A model generated the notes under the pieces. That model saw only the letters and a program-made list of their open reading frames with translations. It searched no databases and was not told where the DNA came from. A program made the translations under genes and the position numbers. A DNA stretch of 64,000 nucleotides from a virus. Below, piece by piece: positions 1 through 12,401 of this stretch; positions within the stretch are counted from its first letter, which is position 1; every line of letters begins with the position of its first letter. The stretch covers positions 1 through 64,000 of the IMG/VR virus record IMGVR_UViG_3300032675_001827, one strand, 5' to 3'.

Positions 1-1
1 C

Positions 2-241
2 ACCGAAGAATGGTGGATACGCGATCAACTGCATAGGCTTGATGGACCTGCCGTGGTCTGGTCAGATGGCAGGCAAGAATGGTGGGTGTGTGGTGAAGAC
101 ATCACACTTGGGGCGGCTGCATGGATGAGGTCCATTCACATCACCTGGCCCTGGGACGATCAAACACAAATACTGTTTTTGTTGACATGGGATGAATGCA
201 TCGAGCCTGGCATTGGTATTTCTGGCAATATCCAACCGTGA
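2..241 (+). CDS. 3' end of a 'LHRxDGPA' repeat phage protein (5' part outside window)
   Basis: Frame from nt 2 reads TEEWWIRDQLHRLDGPAVVWSDGRQEWWV..., a repeat motif typical of jumbo phage and giant virus proteins. Confidence 0.65.
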   Translation, partial: TEEWWIRDQLHRLDGPAVVWSDGRQEWWVCGEDITLGAAAWMRSIHITWPWDDQTQILFLLTWDECIEPGIGISGNIQP

Positions 242-278
242 TTGATGCTGCAGGCTGTCATCTATCATAAATACTCGC

Positions 279-1550
279 ATGAGAATATTTGAGTTACTGC
301 TTGAATACGATGTCAGCAAGGTCAACTCGTTGGCCAGCAAGCTACGATCCCGGACCAAGGATCCCAGTGCCCCGCCAGCGCAAACACCCGTTGATCTGGC
401 CACCGTACTGGAGAATATGGGCATTACCAACGGAGAAACCCTGTTCTGGATATTGCATAGATATCTCACCGCGGTGGGCAATGGCTATGGAATCAATCGC
501 TGGGAGGACATTGCCAGCCGGCTGCTGCCCGCCCTGGAAAAATTTGCGGTGTTGAAGCGCAAACCGAAGCTCAACCCGCCACTACCCACAAAAGATTTGA
601 ATCAGATCAAGTCATTGGGCCAACTGGAAGATATCACCGAAAAATATCAAGAGAAGGAACTGGCCAGCAAAACACAAAAAGCCGGCGAGGAAGAACGGGC
701 ATTCTATGATTCAAAACAAGCCACCCTGCTGTATAACGATGCCACCGTCAAAGTGGTAGTTCCGCATACCGAGGCAGCCAGCTGTTATTTTAGCGTCAAT
801 ACCCGGTGGTGTACGGCTGCAAAAAATAACAACCAGTTTAACTATTACAACAAAATAAGTCCGCTTTATATCGTGTTGATCAAGCCAATAAATCAGCGAT
901 TCCAATTTTATTGGGGAGCAGGGCCGCAGTTCAGGGATGAACAAGATAACGAAATCAATCCCAACGAGTTAGCTGACAAATATCCTGTGCTGTGGAAGAT
1001 ATTCACGCCTATTGCCACAAAATACAAGAGTTTGGTATTGAATCAAAACCCATCGCCTGAAGTGCAAATGGCAGCGGTAAAACGGGACGGCTGGGCCATC
1101 GGTCCCATCAAAAACCCATCGCCTGAGGTGCAAATGGCGGCGGTACAACAGAACGGCTGGGCCCTCCAATTCATCAAAAACCCATCACCTGAGGTGCAAA
1201 TGGCGGCGGTACAAAGTGATGACAGGGCTATCCAATTCATCAAAAACCCATCGCCTGAGATGCAAATGGCGGCGGTAAAACAGGACGGCTGGGCCATCCA
1301 ATACATCAAAAACCCATCACCTGAGGTGCAAATGGCGGCGGTAAAACGGGACGGCTGGGCCATCCGTTACATCAAAAACCCATCGCCTGAGGTGCAAATG
1401 GCGGCGGTAAAACAGGACGGCTGGGCCATCCAATACATCAAAAACCCATCGCCTGAGGTGATAGCACTGGCTCGATCACAGGGCTATCCGGTCGCCTATG
1501 CCTATTTGCCCGCCCAGAAGATCCATGAGGGTCAGATCACAGGGATATGA
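279..1550 (+). CDS. Phage protein with C-terminal DUF4116-like 22-aa repeats
   Basis: 423-aa ORF; TRWCTA-containing middle domain; six NPSPEVQMAAVKxDGWAIxxIK units; TAAATA at 268-273. Confidence 0.7.
   Translation: MRIFELLLEYDVSKVNSLASKLRSRTKDPSAPPAQTPVDLATVLENMGITNGETLFWILHRYLTAVGNGYGINRWEDIASRLLPALEKFAVLKRKPKLNPPLPTKDLNQIKSLGQLEDITEKYQEKELASKTQKAGEEERAFYDSKQATLLYNDATVKVVVPHTEAASCYFSVNTRWCTAAKNNNQFNYYNKISPLYIVLIKPINQRFQFYWGAGPQFRDEQDNEINPNELADKYPVLWKIFTPIATKYKSLVLNQNPSPEVQMAAVKRDGWAIGPIKNPSPEVQMAAVQQNGWALQFIKNPSPEVQMAAVQSDDRAIQFIKNPSPEMQMAAVKQDGWAIQYIKNPSPEVQMAAVKRDGWAIRYIKNPSPEVQMAAVKQDGWAIQYIKNPSPEVIALARSQGYPVAYAYLPAQKIHEGQITGI
1047..1460 (+). repeat. 66-bp coding tandem repeat, six units plus a partial
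   Basis: aacccatc(g/a)cctga(g/a)(g/a)tgcaaatggc... recurs every 66 nt (1047, 1113, ...). Confidence 0.95.
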
Positions 1551-1739
1551 TGAAAAAGGCAACAAAATCGCATGAGAATTAATTAAGCAGTTTACAGCTA
1601 TGGTAAATGTGCTATAATGCTCCTGGCAACATAAAAGCAGTAGGAATAATCTATGAAAAATACGAGATCAAACACTGGTCCGATAGCCGGCTGGACAATT
1701 TGCTGTGAAATATGATCCTACAAATTCCATAATGAAACG

Positions 1740-2204
1740 TTATGTTGTTGCAACCTTGTACGACCTGGCTGTATTGCGTTGCCATGTTTCCCTTTTTTGA
1801 TTTGCAAGATTTTCTTTTTCATCAGGTGTCATAGTAGCTAGTCGTTTGCGGCTTGCATCTTGCCATTTTTGATACAATGTATTTTGCGCTTCTTTTGATA
1901 AATGACCATGATTATAACCTCCTGTAGCATTGGGCGATACGTTGTAGTATTGTTTGTTATTGACGATGTTATCAACGGAATCTAAATAATGTTGCTCGCG
2001 AGCTTTAAGCTCTTTTACCCCTCCTTGAACATATTCCAATATGGTTCGTACAAATCTATCTGTATTTTTATTAAATGCTCGTAAGAAGTATTTGCCCGAT
2101 CCTATATATCCATCGTCATCTTTACCACAATGTGACCCTATATATTTCTTTTGATTTTTTTGGTTAGTCCATTGGTAGACGAATCCAACATATTCGCTTG
2201 ACAT
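1740..2204 (-). CDS. GIY-YIG (Seg-like) homing endonuclease, probably C-terminally truncated
   Basis: GFVYQWTN..KKYIGSH..DDGYIGSG; EQHYL; YYNVS; late motif at 2243-2248 (minus strand). Confidence 0.8.
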   Translation of the reverse strand: MSSEYVGFVYQWTNQKNQKKYIGSHCGKDDDGYIGSGKYFLRAFNKNTDRFVRTILEYVQGGVKELKAREQHYLDSVDNIVNNKQYYNVSPNATGGYNHGHLSKEAQNTLYQKWQDASRKRLATMTPDEKENLANQKRETWQRNTARSYKVATT

Positions 2205-2261
2205 ATCTCTCTCCGTGCTGTAAATTTACTTATCATGTTGTTTATTTAGCAAGGATATGCC

Positions 2262-2726
2262 ATGTTAGAACATCTTACCGATGAAGAACTATCCAAGCTT
2301 GAGAAGCTGTATCAAGAGTATCCGCTGAAACAGAATTTAAAGCGTCGATCGGATGCCGTCGAATACGGATATTCTACCAAGTTCGCTTACCATGTGGTAC
2401 GATTGCTCAACGAAGTAGAACAGATTTTGGTTGAAGGTGATCTGGATCTACAGCGTAACAACGAGCAGCTTAAAAGTATCAGACGTGGCGAGTGGACACT
2501 AGAACAGCTTGAAGCTTGGTTTGTTAATAAGGAAAAGATCCTTGAAACAACTTATGCAAACTGTTCATTGCCTCATAGCCCTGATGAGGAAAAGATCAAA
2601 GGACTGTTGATGAACTGTCTAGAAATGCACTACGGCAGTCTTGGATCTGCAGTAGTGCGTGTTCCTCAACTGGATCAGCTTGTTAATGATCTCAGTGCAC
2701 TAGTTGATCGATATTGTGTAAAGTAA
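2262..2726 (+). CDS. C-terminal half of a predicted nucleotidyltransferase (DNA pol beta superfamily, YcgL-like)
   Basis: YGYSTKFAYHVVRLL, LKSIRRGEW, SLPHSPD; own AAGGA RBS; catalytic N-terminal half absent. Confidence 0.7.
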   Translation: MLEHLTDEELSKLEKLYQEYPLKQNLKRRSDAVEYGYSTKFAYHVVRLLNEVEQILVEGDLDLQRNNEQLKSIRRGEWTLEQLEAWFVNKEKILETTYANCSLPHSPDEEKIKGLLMNCLEMHYGSLGSAVVRVPQLDQLVNDLSALVDRYCVK

Positions 2727-2731
2727 GCGCT

Positions 2732-3490
2732 TTAGGCGCTTACTTTATTGGCTTCCCATTCATATGCCTTTTGTAGGTCACGCATATAATTATCATATGC
2801 ACGTTGCCTGTAGGCAATTAACTTATCAGGGGGCATTTTCATTGGAACCATTTGAAAGGTTTGAAGGTCAATTACCATTGGATCAAATACTTCTGCTTCT
2901 TTGTCTTTAGACGTAACTCGCAACATTGTGTGGCAAGATGTTGCAACTTGCATGCCTTGTGGCATCTCTGTTGCGACACGTTCTAATTCAGCAATTAGGC
3001 GTTTGTTCCAATCATAAAATATTTTCCAATTTTGTTCGTTTTCTTTATCGCTGGCAATGTTCTCAAGTGTTGCCCTGTCAAAATTTTCGAGTATATCAAT
3101 TACTTTGGTTTTTGCTGCTTCTAATGAATCGTACTTGGCTAGTAGCTTTGAAACATCATCACGATTTTTCACAGTTATATGTTCATTATAGTAATTATAG
3201 GTTTGAACATGCTTGACAGTTTCAGCAAGCACTTCTTTCATAATTTCTACTCGTTTAGCAGCAGTGCTGTTCCACATTTTACAAAATATAGAATGTGCAT
3301 CGTCGTCCCATTCAGCTGCCTGTTTAAGTAACTGCTGTGAGGTTTTATTTTCCACGTCTTTGGCCCATTCTGGTGCGTTTTCTGCGGACTCTTCTGCAAT
3401 TTCTTTTTTACCTGTGTAATTGGCCAACGCAATAATGCGTTGAATCTCGGAATCATCAACTTCAGGTTTTTTTTGGTTTGACTGCGCCAT
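2732..3490 (-). CDS. Hypothetical protein
   Basis: 252-aa ORF coupled to the upstream gene. Confidence 0.7.
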   Translation of the reverse strand: MAQSNQKKPEVDDSEIQRIIALANYTGKKEIAEESAENAPEWAKDVENKTSQQLLKQAAEWDDDAHSIFCKMWNSTAAKRVEIMKEVLAETVKHVQTYNYYNEHITVKNRDDVSKLLAKYDSLEAAKTKVIDILENFDRATLENIASDKENEQNWKIFYDWNKRLIAELERVATEMPQGMQVATSCHTMLRVTSKDKEAEVFDPMVIDLQTFQMVPMKMPPDKLIAYRQRAYDNYMRDLQKAYEWEANKVSA

Positions 3491-3911
3491 CTTCTTCCAG
3501 AAACTGTTCTACAGTTTCTCTGACACCTGGAAATTTGTTTTCCCAATATTCTTCCATTGGTGATGTGCCGGCTAGTTTGCCAATTTTTGAATCCATAGTC
3601 TTAACTACAGATATTAAATCTGCCATACCTTTTGTATATCTATCCACAGCAATAGCATTCATTTGCTCGTAAACATTGTTAACCAATATTTCAAACCTAT
3701 CACTGGTTTTATTATTGGTTTCAGGATGCAGCTTTACAGTCTTGCAAATTTCCAATAATTGTGCAATTTCTGGACAGCGACTGAGACAACTGGTTGTCTC
3801 TTCTTCTGCTAGTTTAGTATCTATTTGACCGACTAACCCTTCAATATTTTTAAGATTAGCCACAACTTCGTTACGCAGAGACTCTAGCTCTGCTTTTATG
3901 TTTTTGTCCAC
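3462..3911 (-). CDS. Hypothetical coiled-coil protein
   Basis: GTG start after GGAGG; TATAAATA at 3971-3978 (minus strand). Confidence 0.65.
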   Translation of the reverse strand: MDKNIKAELESLRNEVVANLKNIEGLVGQIDTKLAEEETTSCLSRCPEIAQLLEICKTVKLHPETNNKTSDRFEILVNNVYEQMNAIAVDRYTKGMADLISVVKTMDSKIGKLAGTSPMEEYWENKFPGVRETVEQFLEEDGAVKPKKT

Positions 3912-4052
3912 GTTTTTACCTCCTGCCATGTTGTAAACACAATTGTTTACAACCCGTTCGTTGACATGTGTATTTATATGCATAGTTAATTTTCTGACTA
4001 TTGACTGATCGAAATTTTTAGTTTATAGTGTTACGATATACTTTCATAGGAT

Positions 4053-4415
4053 TTGAATTCTAGAATGAGTGTTTCTCAATGGTTATTAACGCGATGGTTA
4101 TTGTTATTGGCATTTTTGCGGCGAACAGACGTTGTTATGGTAAGAGAAGAAATTTCTAAAAAAATAAGTTTTCACTTGGTTAGGTCTGGTAGTTGGGATC
4201 CATTTGAACACAATACGCATAGATATATTTCAATAAGATCCAATGGAGCGGGAAAAGATTTGTTAAAACTTGAAAAAGATGGAACAATACTTGCGCCCTA
4301 TCCTTATAGCATAAAGTTGTCTTATGGCAAAGCTGAACCCATACCAAGGTATAGATGGATTTATCTTAATCAATCCAAAGCAGTCTTTATGAATCTACGT
4401 GGCGAAGACGAGTAA
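4053..4415 (+). CDS. Hypothetical protein (paralog of 4419 and 19052 ORFs)
   Basis: ORF downstream of TTGACT-17-TATAGT; shared DP/DGT/W..N..K..F..LR pattern. Confidence 0.65.
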   Translation: MNSRMSVSQWLLTRWLLLLAFLRRTDVVMVREEISKKISFHLVRSGSWDPFEHNTHRYISIRSNGAGKDLLKLEKDGTILAPYPYSIKLSYGKAEPIPRYRWIYLNQSKAVFMNLRGEDE

Positions 4416-4418
4416 TTT

Positions 4419-4766
4419 ATGATGACTAAACTCTGGTTCAGATTAATTCAACTATGGTGTTTTGTCACACGGCAGGACGCTGTGTGGCTCAAAACAGAAC
4501 AATTGAAAAAAAGAATTCATTTGCGTATTGTACACAAAGAATACGACCCCTGGAAATCAGACCCACTGCTATATGTTAATTTTCGTTTTAGACGTTTTTA
4601 TCTAGATGAGGATGGCACATTATATGTACGAGCGGCTAGTCTAGGGACATTGTATGGTAATGTAAAATCTGGTAATGTAAAATTTGTAATAATAAATTAC
4701 AAAGATCAATGGAAATACGTGAATAAACAAAAGCAGATGTTTTATGATTTGCGAAATAGAGCATAA
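4419..4766 (+). CDS. Hypothetical protein (paralog of 4053 ORF)
   Basis: YDPW, LDEDGTL, WKYVNKQKQMFYDLRN. Confidence 0.65.
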   Translation: MMTKLWFRLIQLWCFVTRQDAVWLKTEQLKKRIHLRIVHKEYDPWKSDPLLYVNFRFRRFYLDEDGTLYVRAASLGTLYGNVKSGNVKFVIINYKDQWKYVNKQKQMFYDLRNRA

Positions 4767-5273
4767 ATGGCAAAAGAAATTGAACACAAGTATCTTGTTG
4801 TAGACCCTTCGCTTGTCAAACAAACCTGTCCTTTACCTTGGTCTATACAGCAAGGATATCTGTCAACAGATCCAGACGGCACTATACGGCTGCGTCTGGC
4901 AAACTGGAGGACTTGGCATTATAAAGCAACTCTTACAGTAAAAAATAAAACACGCGGAGCTGAAAGAGATGAATGGGAATTTAACTTGGCAGACTGGGAC
5001 GCTGCACAGGCTCTTTTCAATGCTCAGTGCAAATACTCTATTCGTAAAAACAGATACACAATAACATCTGGTCCGCACAAATGGGAAATAGATGAGTTTT
5101 TAGGTGATAATACTGGATTATGGTTAGCTGAAATAGAGCTTGAAAATTCTAATGAGATCTATAATATACCAAACTGGTGCGGACAAAATGTTACTGACGA
5201 TTCTAGGTACTATAATTCTAATCTAGCAATGGTACCATTTAACTCGGCTAAATTTAACGCAGATAAGTCCTAG
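4767..5273 (+). CDS. CYTH-domain protein (triphosphate tunnel metalloenzyme)
   Basis: EIEHKYLV, IQQGYL, IRLR, KNRY, WEIDEFLG, LAEIEL, YYNSNL. Confidence 0.92.
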   Translation: MAKEIEHKYLVVDPSLVKQTCPLPWSIQQGYLSTDPDGTIRLRLANWRTWHYKATLTVKNKTRGAERDEWEFNLADWDAAQALFNAQCKYSIRKNRYTITSGPHKWEIDEFLGDNTGLWLAEIELENSNEIYNIPNWCGQNVTDDSRYYNSNLAMVPFNSAKFNADKS

Positions 5274-5909
5274 ACATCATGGGGTTTAGTTCATCTCTTG
5301 GACCATCCTCTGAATCGGGATGATAAACGGCTAAGCTCATGTTATCCTCAAGTGTAATAAATCTATGTAAAGTGTGCCGGTCTAAAACAAACACTGTGTC
5401 TTGTTCCAGCGGCACAGATTCTACTACATCTTTTGATCGCTTTATCTCTGCATAACCTTTACCACTAAGCACGTAACCAATTCTAAAGCTAGGATGAGTA
5501 TGGAAAGTTTGTTCTATTCCAGCTGGGAAAAATAGATAGTTTAAACAAGGATCTCCATTACGATATGGATCAATTAGGTTACTGTTTGAGCATCCGTCAA
5601 TATAAGACAACTGGCCAGGCTTATCTGGAATAAAGTCTGTTAACTTGGTTTCTGTATACGAAAGTCCTTTGTTTTCAATAACCACAGCGGGTCCGCATAC
5701 ATCTAGCGTTTTGTGTCCTGCACTTACCATATAGCAAGGATTATTTACAGTTATTTTATTGTCGAAAACAGCAGATGAATTTGCAAATATTCCAAATAGA
5801 CTACCTATAGTTTTAATAGATTTCGTTCGTTGGCTTTTACCATATGGATGGTTGCAATATGACGCTGTTCAATAACCAAGGTATTGAAAGATTTTAAACA
5901 TGTCAACAT
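5254..5909 (-). CDS. Cupin-domain protein, apparent frameshift near 5830
   Basis: LSYIDGCS, QTFHTHPSFRIG, HRF, HPDS cupin motifs; upstream frame from ATG 5909 joins by a 1-nt shift. Confidence 0.65.
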
Positions 5910-5924
5910 GGTACTGAACTATTA

Positions 5925-6461
5925 TTATAGATACTTTATCAACATCACAATATCATTGTAACTATTTGTATCTGGATCGTACATAGCTTGCTTTTCAGTG
6001 TGTGTGATTTCAAAACCGACGGCTAGACACATTCTAATGCTCAATGTATTTTCAGCGGCAATTCCAGCGGTAACAATTTTAATGCCAGACCTTTTAAGAT
6101 GTTCCATCATGGCGTTCATAAGTTGCTGACCTAAATTGGTAACATTGCTTGAAACAAAATTAGGTTGTGAAATAAGCTTGTACTTGTCTATAAAAGCACC
6201 CCAGCAGATTGCTCTGTGTGCAATTTTCTTTTTTGTTCCGCCGCTGTATCTTGAAGCAATTACATACCCACATAAGATGTCATTGTAGTACAAACCAATA
6301 ACAAAATTGTCTCGCAGCATGCACATGAAATGAACCAGTGTTTTGCTGCGTTCTTCACTGTACAGATCTCCCATAGATCTACTGTGTATTTTAAGAGATT
6401 TTAAACGCAGTTCTTGGAAGACTTCAACTTCGTTGAGTCTAACAAGCCTAAACAAAATCAT
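5925..6461 (-). CDS. GNAT family acetyltransferase
   Basis: LRLKSL; LGQQLM; N..SIRMCLAVGF. Confidence 0.75.
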   Translation of the reverse strand: MILFRLVRLNEVEVFQELRLKSLKIHSRSMGDLYSEERSKTLVHFMCMLRDNFVIGLYYNDILCGYVIASRYSGGTKKKIAHRAICWGAFIDKYKLISQPNFVSSNVTNLGQQLMNAMMEHLKRSGIKIVTAGIAAENTLSIRMCLAVGFEITHTEKQAMYDPDTNSYNDIVMLIKYL

Positions 6462-6473
6462 AAAAACTACCTA

Positions 6474-6770
6474 TTATGAACTGGCGGTAGACAATGTTTC
6501 AGTTATGTTATTCTTTTTGTCATACGCAGTTCTAGCAGCCATAAATGCCGCAATTACCGGATCCGCTAGAAAAGAATTCCAATCGGCCTCTTCTTTCCAC
6601 GTATTTACAATGGTTTTGGTTAGTTTGTCAGGCGTTAGACTTTCACTACGTGATACAAGCAGCCCTGTGGTTACATAAGTAGTGGTCCAATGACTGAGTG
6701 TTGCAGCATCAACCGCATGGAAAGGTGTACTGGTATTTTGACGAGTCAAAACTAATTGGGATGTAAACAT
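6474..6770 (-). CDS. Small late-expressed phage protein
   Basis: AGGAG RBS; TAAATA at 6793-6798 (minus strand). Confidence 0.7.
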   Translation of the reverse strand: MFTSQLVLTRQNTSTPFHAVDAATLSHWTTTYVTTGLLVSRSESLTPDKLTKTIVNTWKEEADWNSFLADPVIAAFMAARTAYDKKNNITETLSTASS

Positions 6771-6847
6771 GTATATCTCCTATTCGTATGTGTATTTATT
6801 CAAGATACGAGTGTAACTTTAAAAAAGTTTTTTCAAAATTAAGCAGT

Positions 6848-6876
6848 TGACAGATCGCTGGCTAGATTCTACTATT
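6848..6876 (+). promoter_or_regulatory. Sigma70-type promoter
   Basis: TTGACA-17-TACTAT just upstream of ATG 6882. Confidence 0.7.
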
Positions 6877-6881
6877 GTTGT

Positions 6882-7196
6882 ATGTCAAATCATTTCTTAA
6901 AAAATCTAGAAAAAATCGCAGAGGATTGGTCGAAAGCTGAAGAAGCCTATGACGCTGATTGTGATGCGTGGTGGAATAGTCTTCCACAGGATCAACAACT
7001 GCAGGCGTTTTACTCTGTAATTAAGCGAGTGACAAAAGCAGAACTAGGTGAACACGGGTCATATAGATATATTTTGTATGATGTTTTTGGATTTGGACCA
7101 GGAAGTTATACTGTGGGTATGCAATGTGGATTTATGGATTTGCATAATGCAATCTACACACCAGATGATATTGCAAACATAAAGGATAAAAAATGA
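6882..7196 (+). CDS. Conserved phage hypothetical protein
   Basis: GSYRYILYDVFGF..GMQCGFMDLHNAI. Confidence 0.7.
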   Translation: MSNHFLKNLEKIAEDWSKAEEAYDADCDAWWNSLPQDQQLQAFYSVIKRVTKAELGEHGSYRYILYDVFGFGPGSYTVGMQCGFMDLHNAIYTPDDIANIKDKK

Positions 7197-7612
7197 AAGT
7201 AGGTCTTAGTTTTAGTAGATGTTTAGTAGATATTGTCGATGGTCGTGTAGATATTGAGGACGTACTGGTTATTATTTCACGCACAAATTTTGATCCGCAT
7301 GACGACGGGCAATGGAAACAAATATGGAACGGGTATCGCTTTGGCGGTAGGTCCGAGGCTGTATGGGCAAATTATGAAGAATCACAAGAGGACCTATTTA
7401 GACAAACCACCCTTGCTTTATACACACAAGGTAAATTGCATCAACCTCGACGGTTTGGTAGCTACAGAGAGCGTCTTAATTTCATATGGCTAGAAACTGT
7501 TTTGTTTGATAAGGATCTAGAATCAAATCCAGCTTTGAAAGATGCATGGGAAACCTTTCAGGTTATGGCAGAATTAACAGAGCTAAACATGAACAAACAA
7601 GTAGGATCGTAA
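7193..7612 (+). CDS. Conserved phage hypothetical protein
   Basis: ATGA overlap; MKVGLSFSRC, GKLHQPR, NPALKDAWE. Confidence 0.7.
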   Translation: MKVGLSFSRCLVDIVDGRVDIEDVLVIISRTNFDPHDDGQWKQIWNGYRFGGRSEAVWANYEESQEDLFRQTTLALYTQGKLHQPRRFGSYRERLNFIWLETVLFDKDLESNPALKDAWETFQVMAELTELNMNKQVGS

Positions 7613-7627
7613 TAGTAGCACACAGGT

Positions 7628-8653
7628 ATGACCCTTGTAAAACGCATACATATAGAACTGTCAACTAGGTGCCAAGCTAGTTGTCCAATGTGTCCAAGAA
7701 ACCATTCTGGAGGTATCACACGCAGCTTTGTAGGGCCAACTGATATAAGTTTTGAACAATTCAAAAAATGGTTTACTGACAATTGGTTGTCTCAGTTAGA
7801 ATATTTTTTGGCATGCGGGAATTATGGCGACCCTGTAATGAACAAAGACAGTTTGCCAATTCTCGAGTATCTGAGATCGCATAACCAAACCTGCAAAATA
7901 AGTTTTCATACCAATGGAAGTGCTCGTGATAAAGACTGGTGGCAGCGATTAGCAGAGATAATTGGTAAACAAGGTCAAGCTGTATTGGCTATTGACGGTT
8001 TCCATGACACACATTCTCTGTATCGAATTGGAACTAACTGGGATCATGTAATGAATACAGCTGATATTCTTATTGCATGCGGAATCGATGTGTGGGCGGA
8101 AACTTTGATTTTTGATCATAATAAACACGAAATAGATCAACTCAAAGAATTTCTATACAATCGTGGCTTTAGACATATAAATGTCAAATACACACAGAGA
8201 TTTGCCGGAGGATCAGAATTTCCAGTGGCCAACGGATCAATTTTGAAATCTGCAGAAAACAAACCTTGGCAGTCTGTAATCACAGGCGATACCTATGAAA
8301 ACTGGTTGACCAATACTGAAATTGATCCAAAATGTCAGCAAAATGGTGGTGAAATTTATGTAGATGTAGCTGGACGATTATGGCCTTGTTGTTGGGTAGC
8401 AGATTCTTACACGCGGCTCACAGATCCTGATCATGGAGATCATAATTGGTCTAAATGGAGTAGAATTCAAGGACAGGAAATCAAAAAGATCGTTGAGCAG
8501 TCAATACCATTATACTTACGCGATAATAATATTGAAATTACGTTAGAAAACTATGCAAAGCAATTGGATATTTGGAAAGATCTGTGGTTATCTGATCGCA
8601 AACCATGTGAATGCGTAATACATTGTAAGAAAAAATATATAAACAGGGTCTAG
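7628..8653 (+). CDS. Radical SAM protein with SPASM/twitch-like C-terminus
   Basis: CQASCPMC (CxxxCxxC), GNYGDP, HTNGS, WPCC, C-terminal CxxxC. Confidence 0.9.
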   Translation: MTLVKRIHIELSTRCQASCPMCPRNHSGGITRSFVGPTDISFEQFKKWFTDNWLSQLEYFLACGNYGDPVMNKDSLPILEYLRSHNQTCKISFHTNGSARDKDWWQRLAEIIGKQGQAVLAIDGFHDTHSLYRIGTNWDHVMNTADILIACGIDVWAETLIFDHNKHEIDQLKEFLYNRGFRHINVKYTQRFAGGSEFPVANGSILKSAENKPWQSVITGDTYENWLTNTEIDPKCQQNGGEIYVDVAGRLWPCCWVADSYTRLTDPDHGDHNWSKWSRIQGQEIKKIVEQSIPLYLRDNNIEITLENYAKQLDIWKDLWLSDRKPCECVIHCKKKYINRV

Positions 8654-8659
8654 TACACC

Positions 8660-8866
8660 ATGACAAAGTCTCCCATCGAGTGGAAAATTCGCGGCTACCC
8701 GTACATAGTTAATTATAATTGTAACAACAGTAAAGATGGCGATATCTTAGACTGGTTCGATGAAAATCTTGATTCAAACGCTTGGGTAAGAATAAACCAT
8801 TATCAAATTGTTTTTTCAAATCAAGAATCTGCTGCACTATTTCAGTTGACATTCTCATATGAATAA
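8660..8866 (+). CDS. Small hypothetical protein
   Basis: 68-aa ORF ending LFQLTF, small jumbo-phage family. Confidence 0.6.
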   Translation: MTKSPIEWKIRGYPYIVNYNCNNSKDGDILDWFDENLDSNAWVRINHYQIVFSNQESAALFQLTFSYE

Positions 8867-9071
8867 ACAAGTGACGCAATTTCTCAGTCAGAATGAAATA
8901 GCTGATAGAATTATGTGGTGTTCAAATAGCTTGTCTCGCAATGCATATTCATATGCATTGAAAAATTTTATTTGGGCACCAGATAAAGGAATTGTCTATC
9001 CTGTAACATGGGAATTTTATGACGAGTCTTCCTATCTTTTATATTTTTTAACGTGGGTAGACAGTGCATAA
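8859..9071 (+). CDS. Small hypothetical protein
   Basis: 70-aa ORF ending YFLTW; overlaps upstream gene. Confidence 0.6.
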   Translation: MNKQVTQFLSQNEIADRIMWCSNSLSRNAYSYALKNFIWAPDKGIVYPVTWEFYDESSYLLYFLTWVDSA

Positions 9072-9253
9072 AATACTTGTTGGGATCCAGAAAATTACTC
9101 AGAATTATGCAAGTGGGCTAATCTCAATTGCCATGATAGATGGTACGCTGAATGTGTTGATGTATCAGATGTTTCGTTAACATATGATAAAATGGCAGAA
9201 TTTACTTTTTGCAATTTAGCTGATGCGTGCTTCTTTGCAATGGTATGGTTGTA
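9064..9253 (+). pseudogene. Small hypothetical gene with apparent 1-nt frameshift near 9080
   Basis: GTG start VHKILV then shifted frame WDPENYSELCKWA...DACFFAMVWL*. Confidence 0.45.
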
Positions 9254-9317
9254 ACGAAGCGTGCCCTGAGGAAGAACTATAGAAATTTATGTTGACAATA
9301 GATAACAAAATAAGACA

Positions 9318-12368
<3,051 letters not shown>

Positions 12369-12370
12369 TA

Positions 12371-12401
12371 AAAAAGGTGTAGCTAAAAACTACACCTTTT
12401 T
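12371..12401. terminator. Bidirectional intrinsic terminator
   Basis: aaaaaggtgtag-ctaaaaa-ctacaccttttt between convergent dnaK and release factor genes. Confidence 0.85.

Noticed and set aside
1047-1460. 66-bp repeats as a CRISPR array or DGR template/variable pair
   Set aside because: No spacers, the units are in-frame coding, differences are not confined to adenines, and no reverse transcriptase is in the window.
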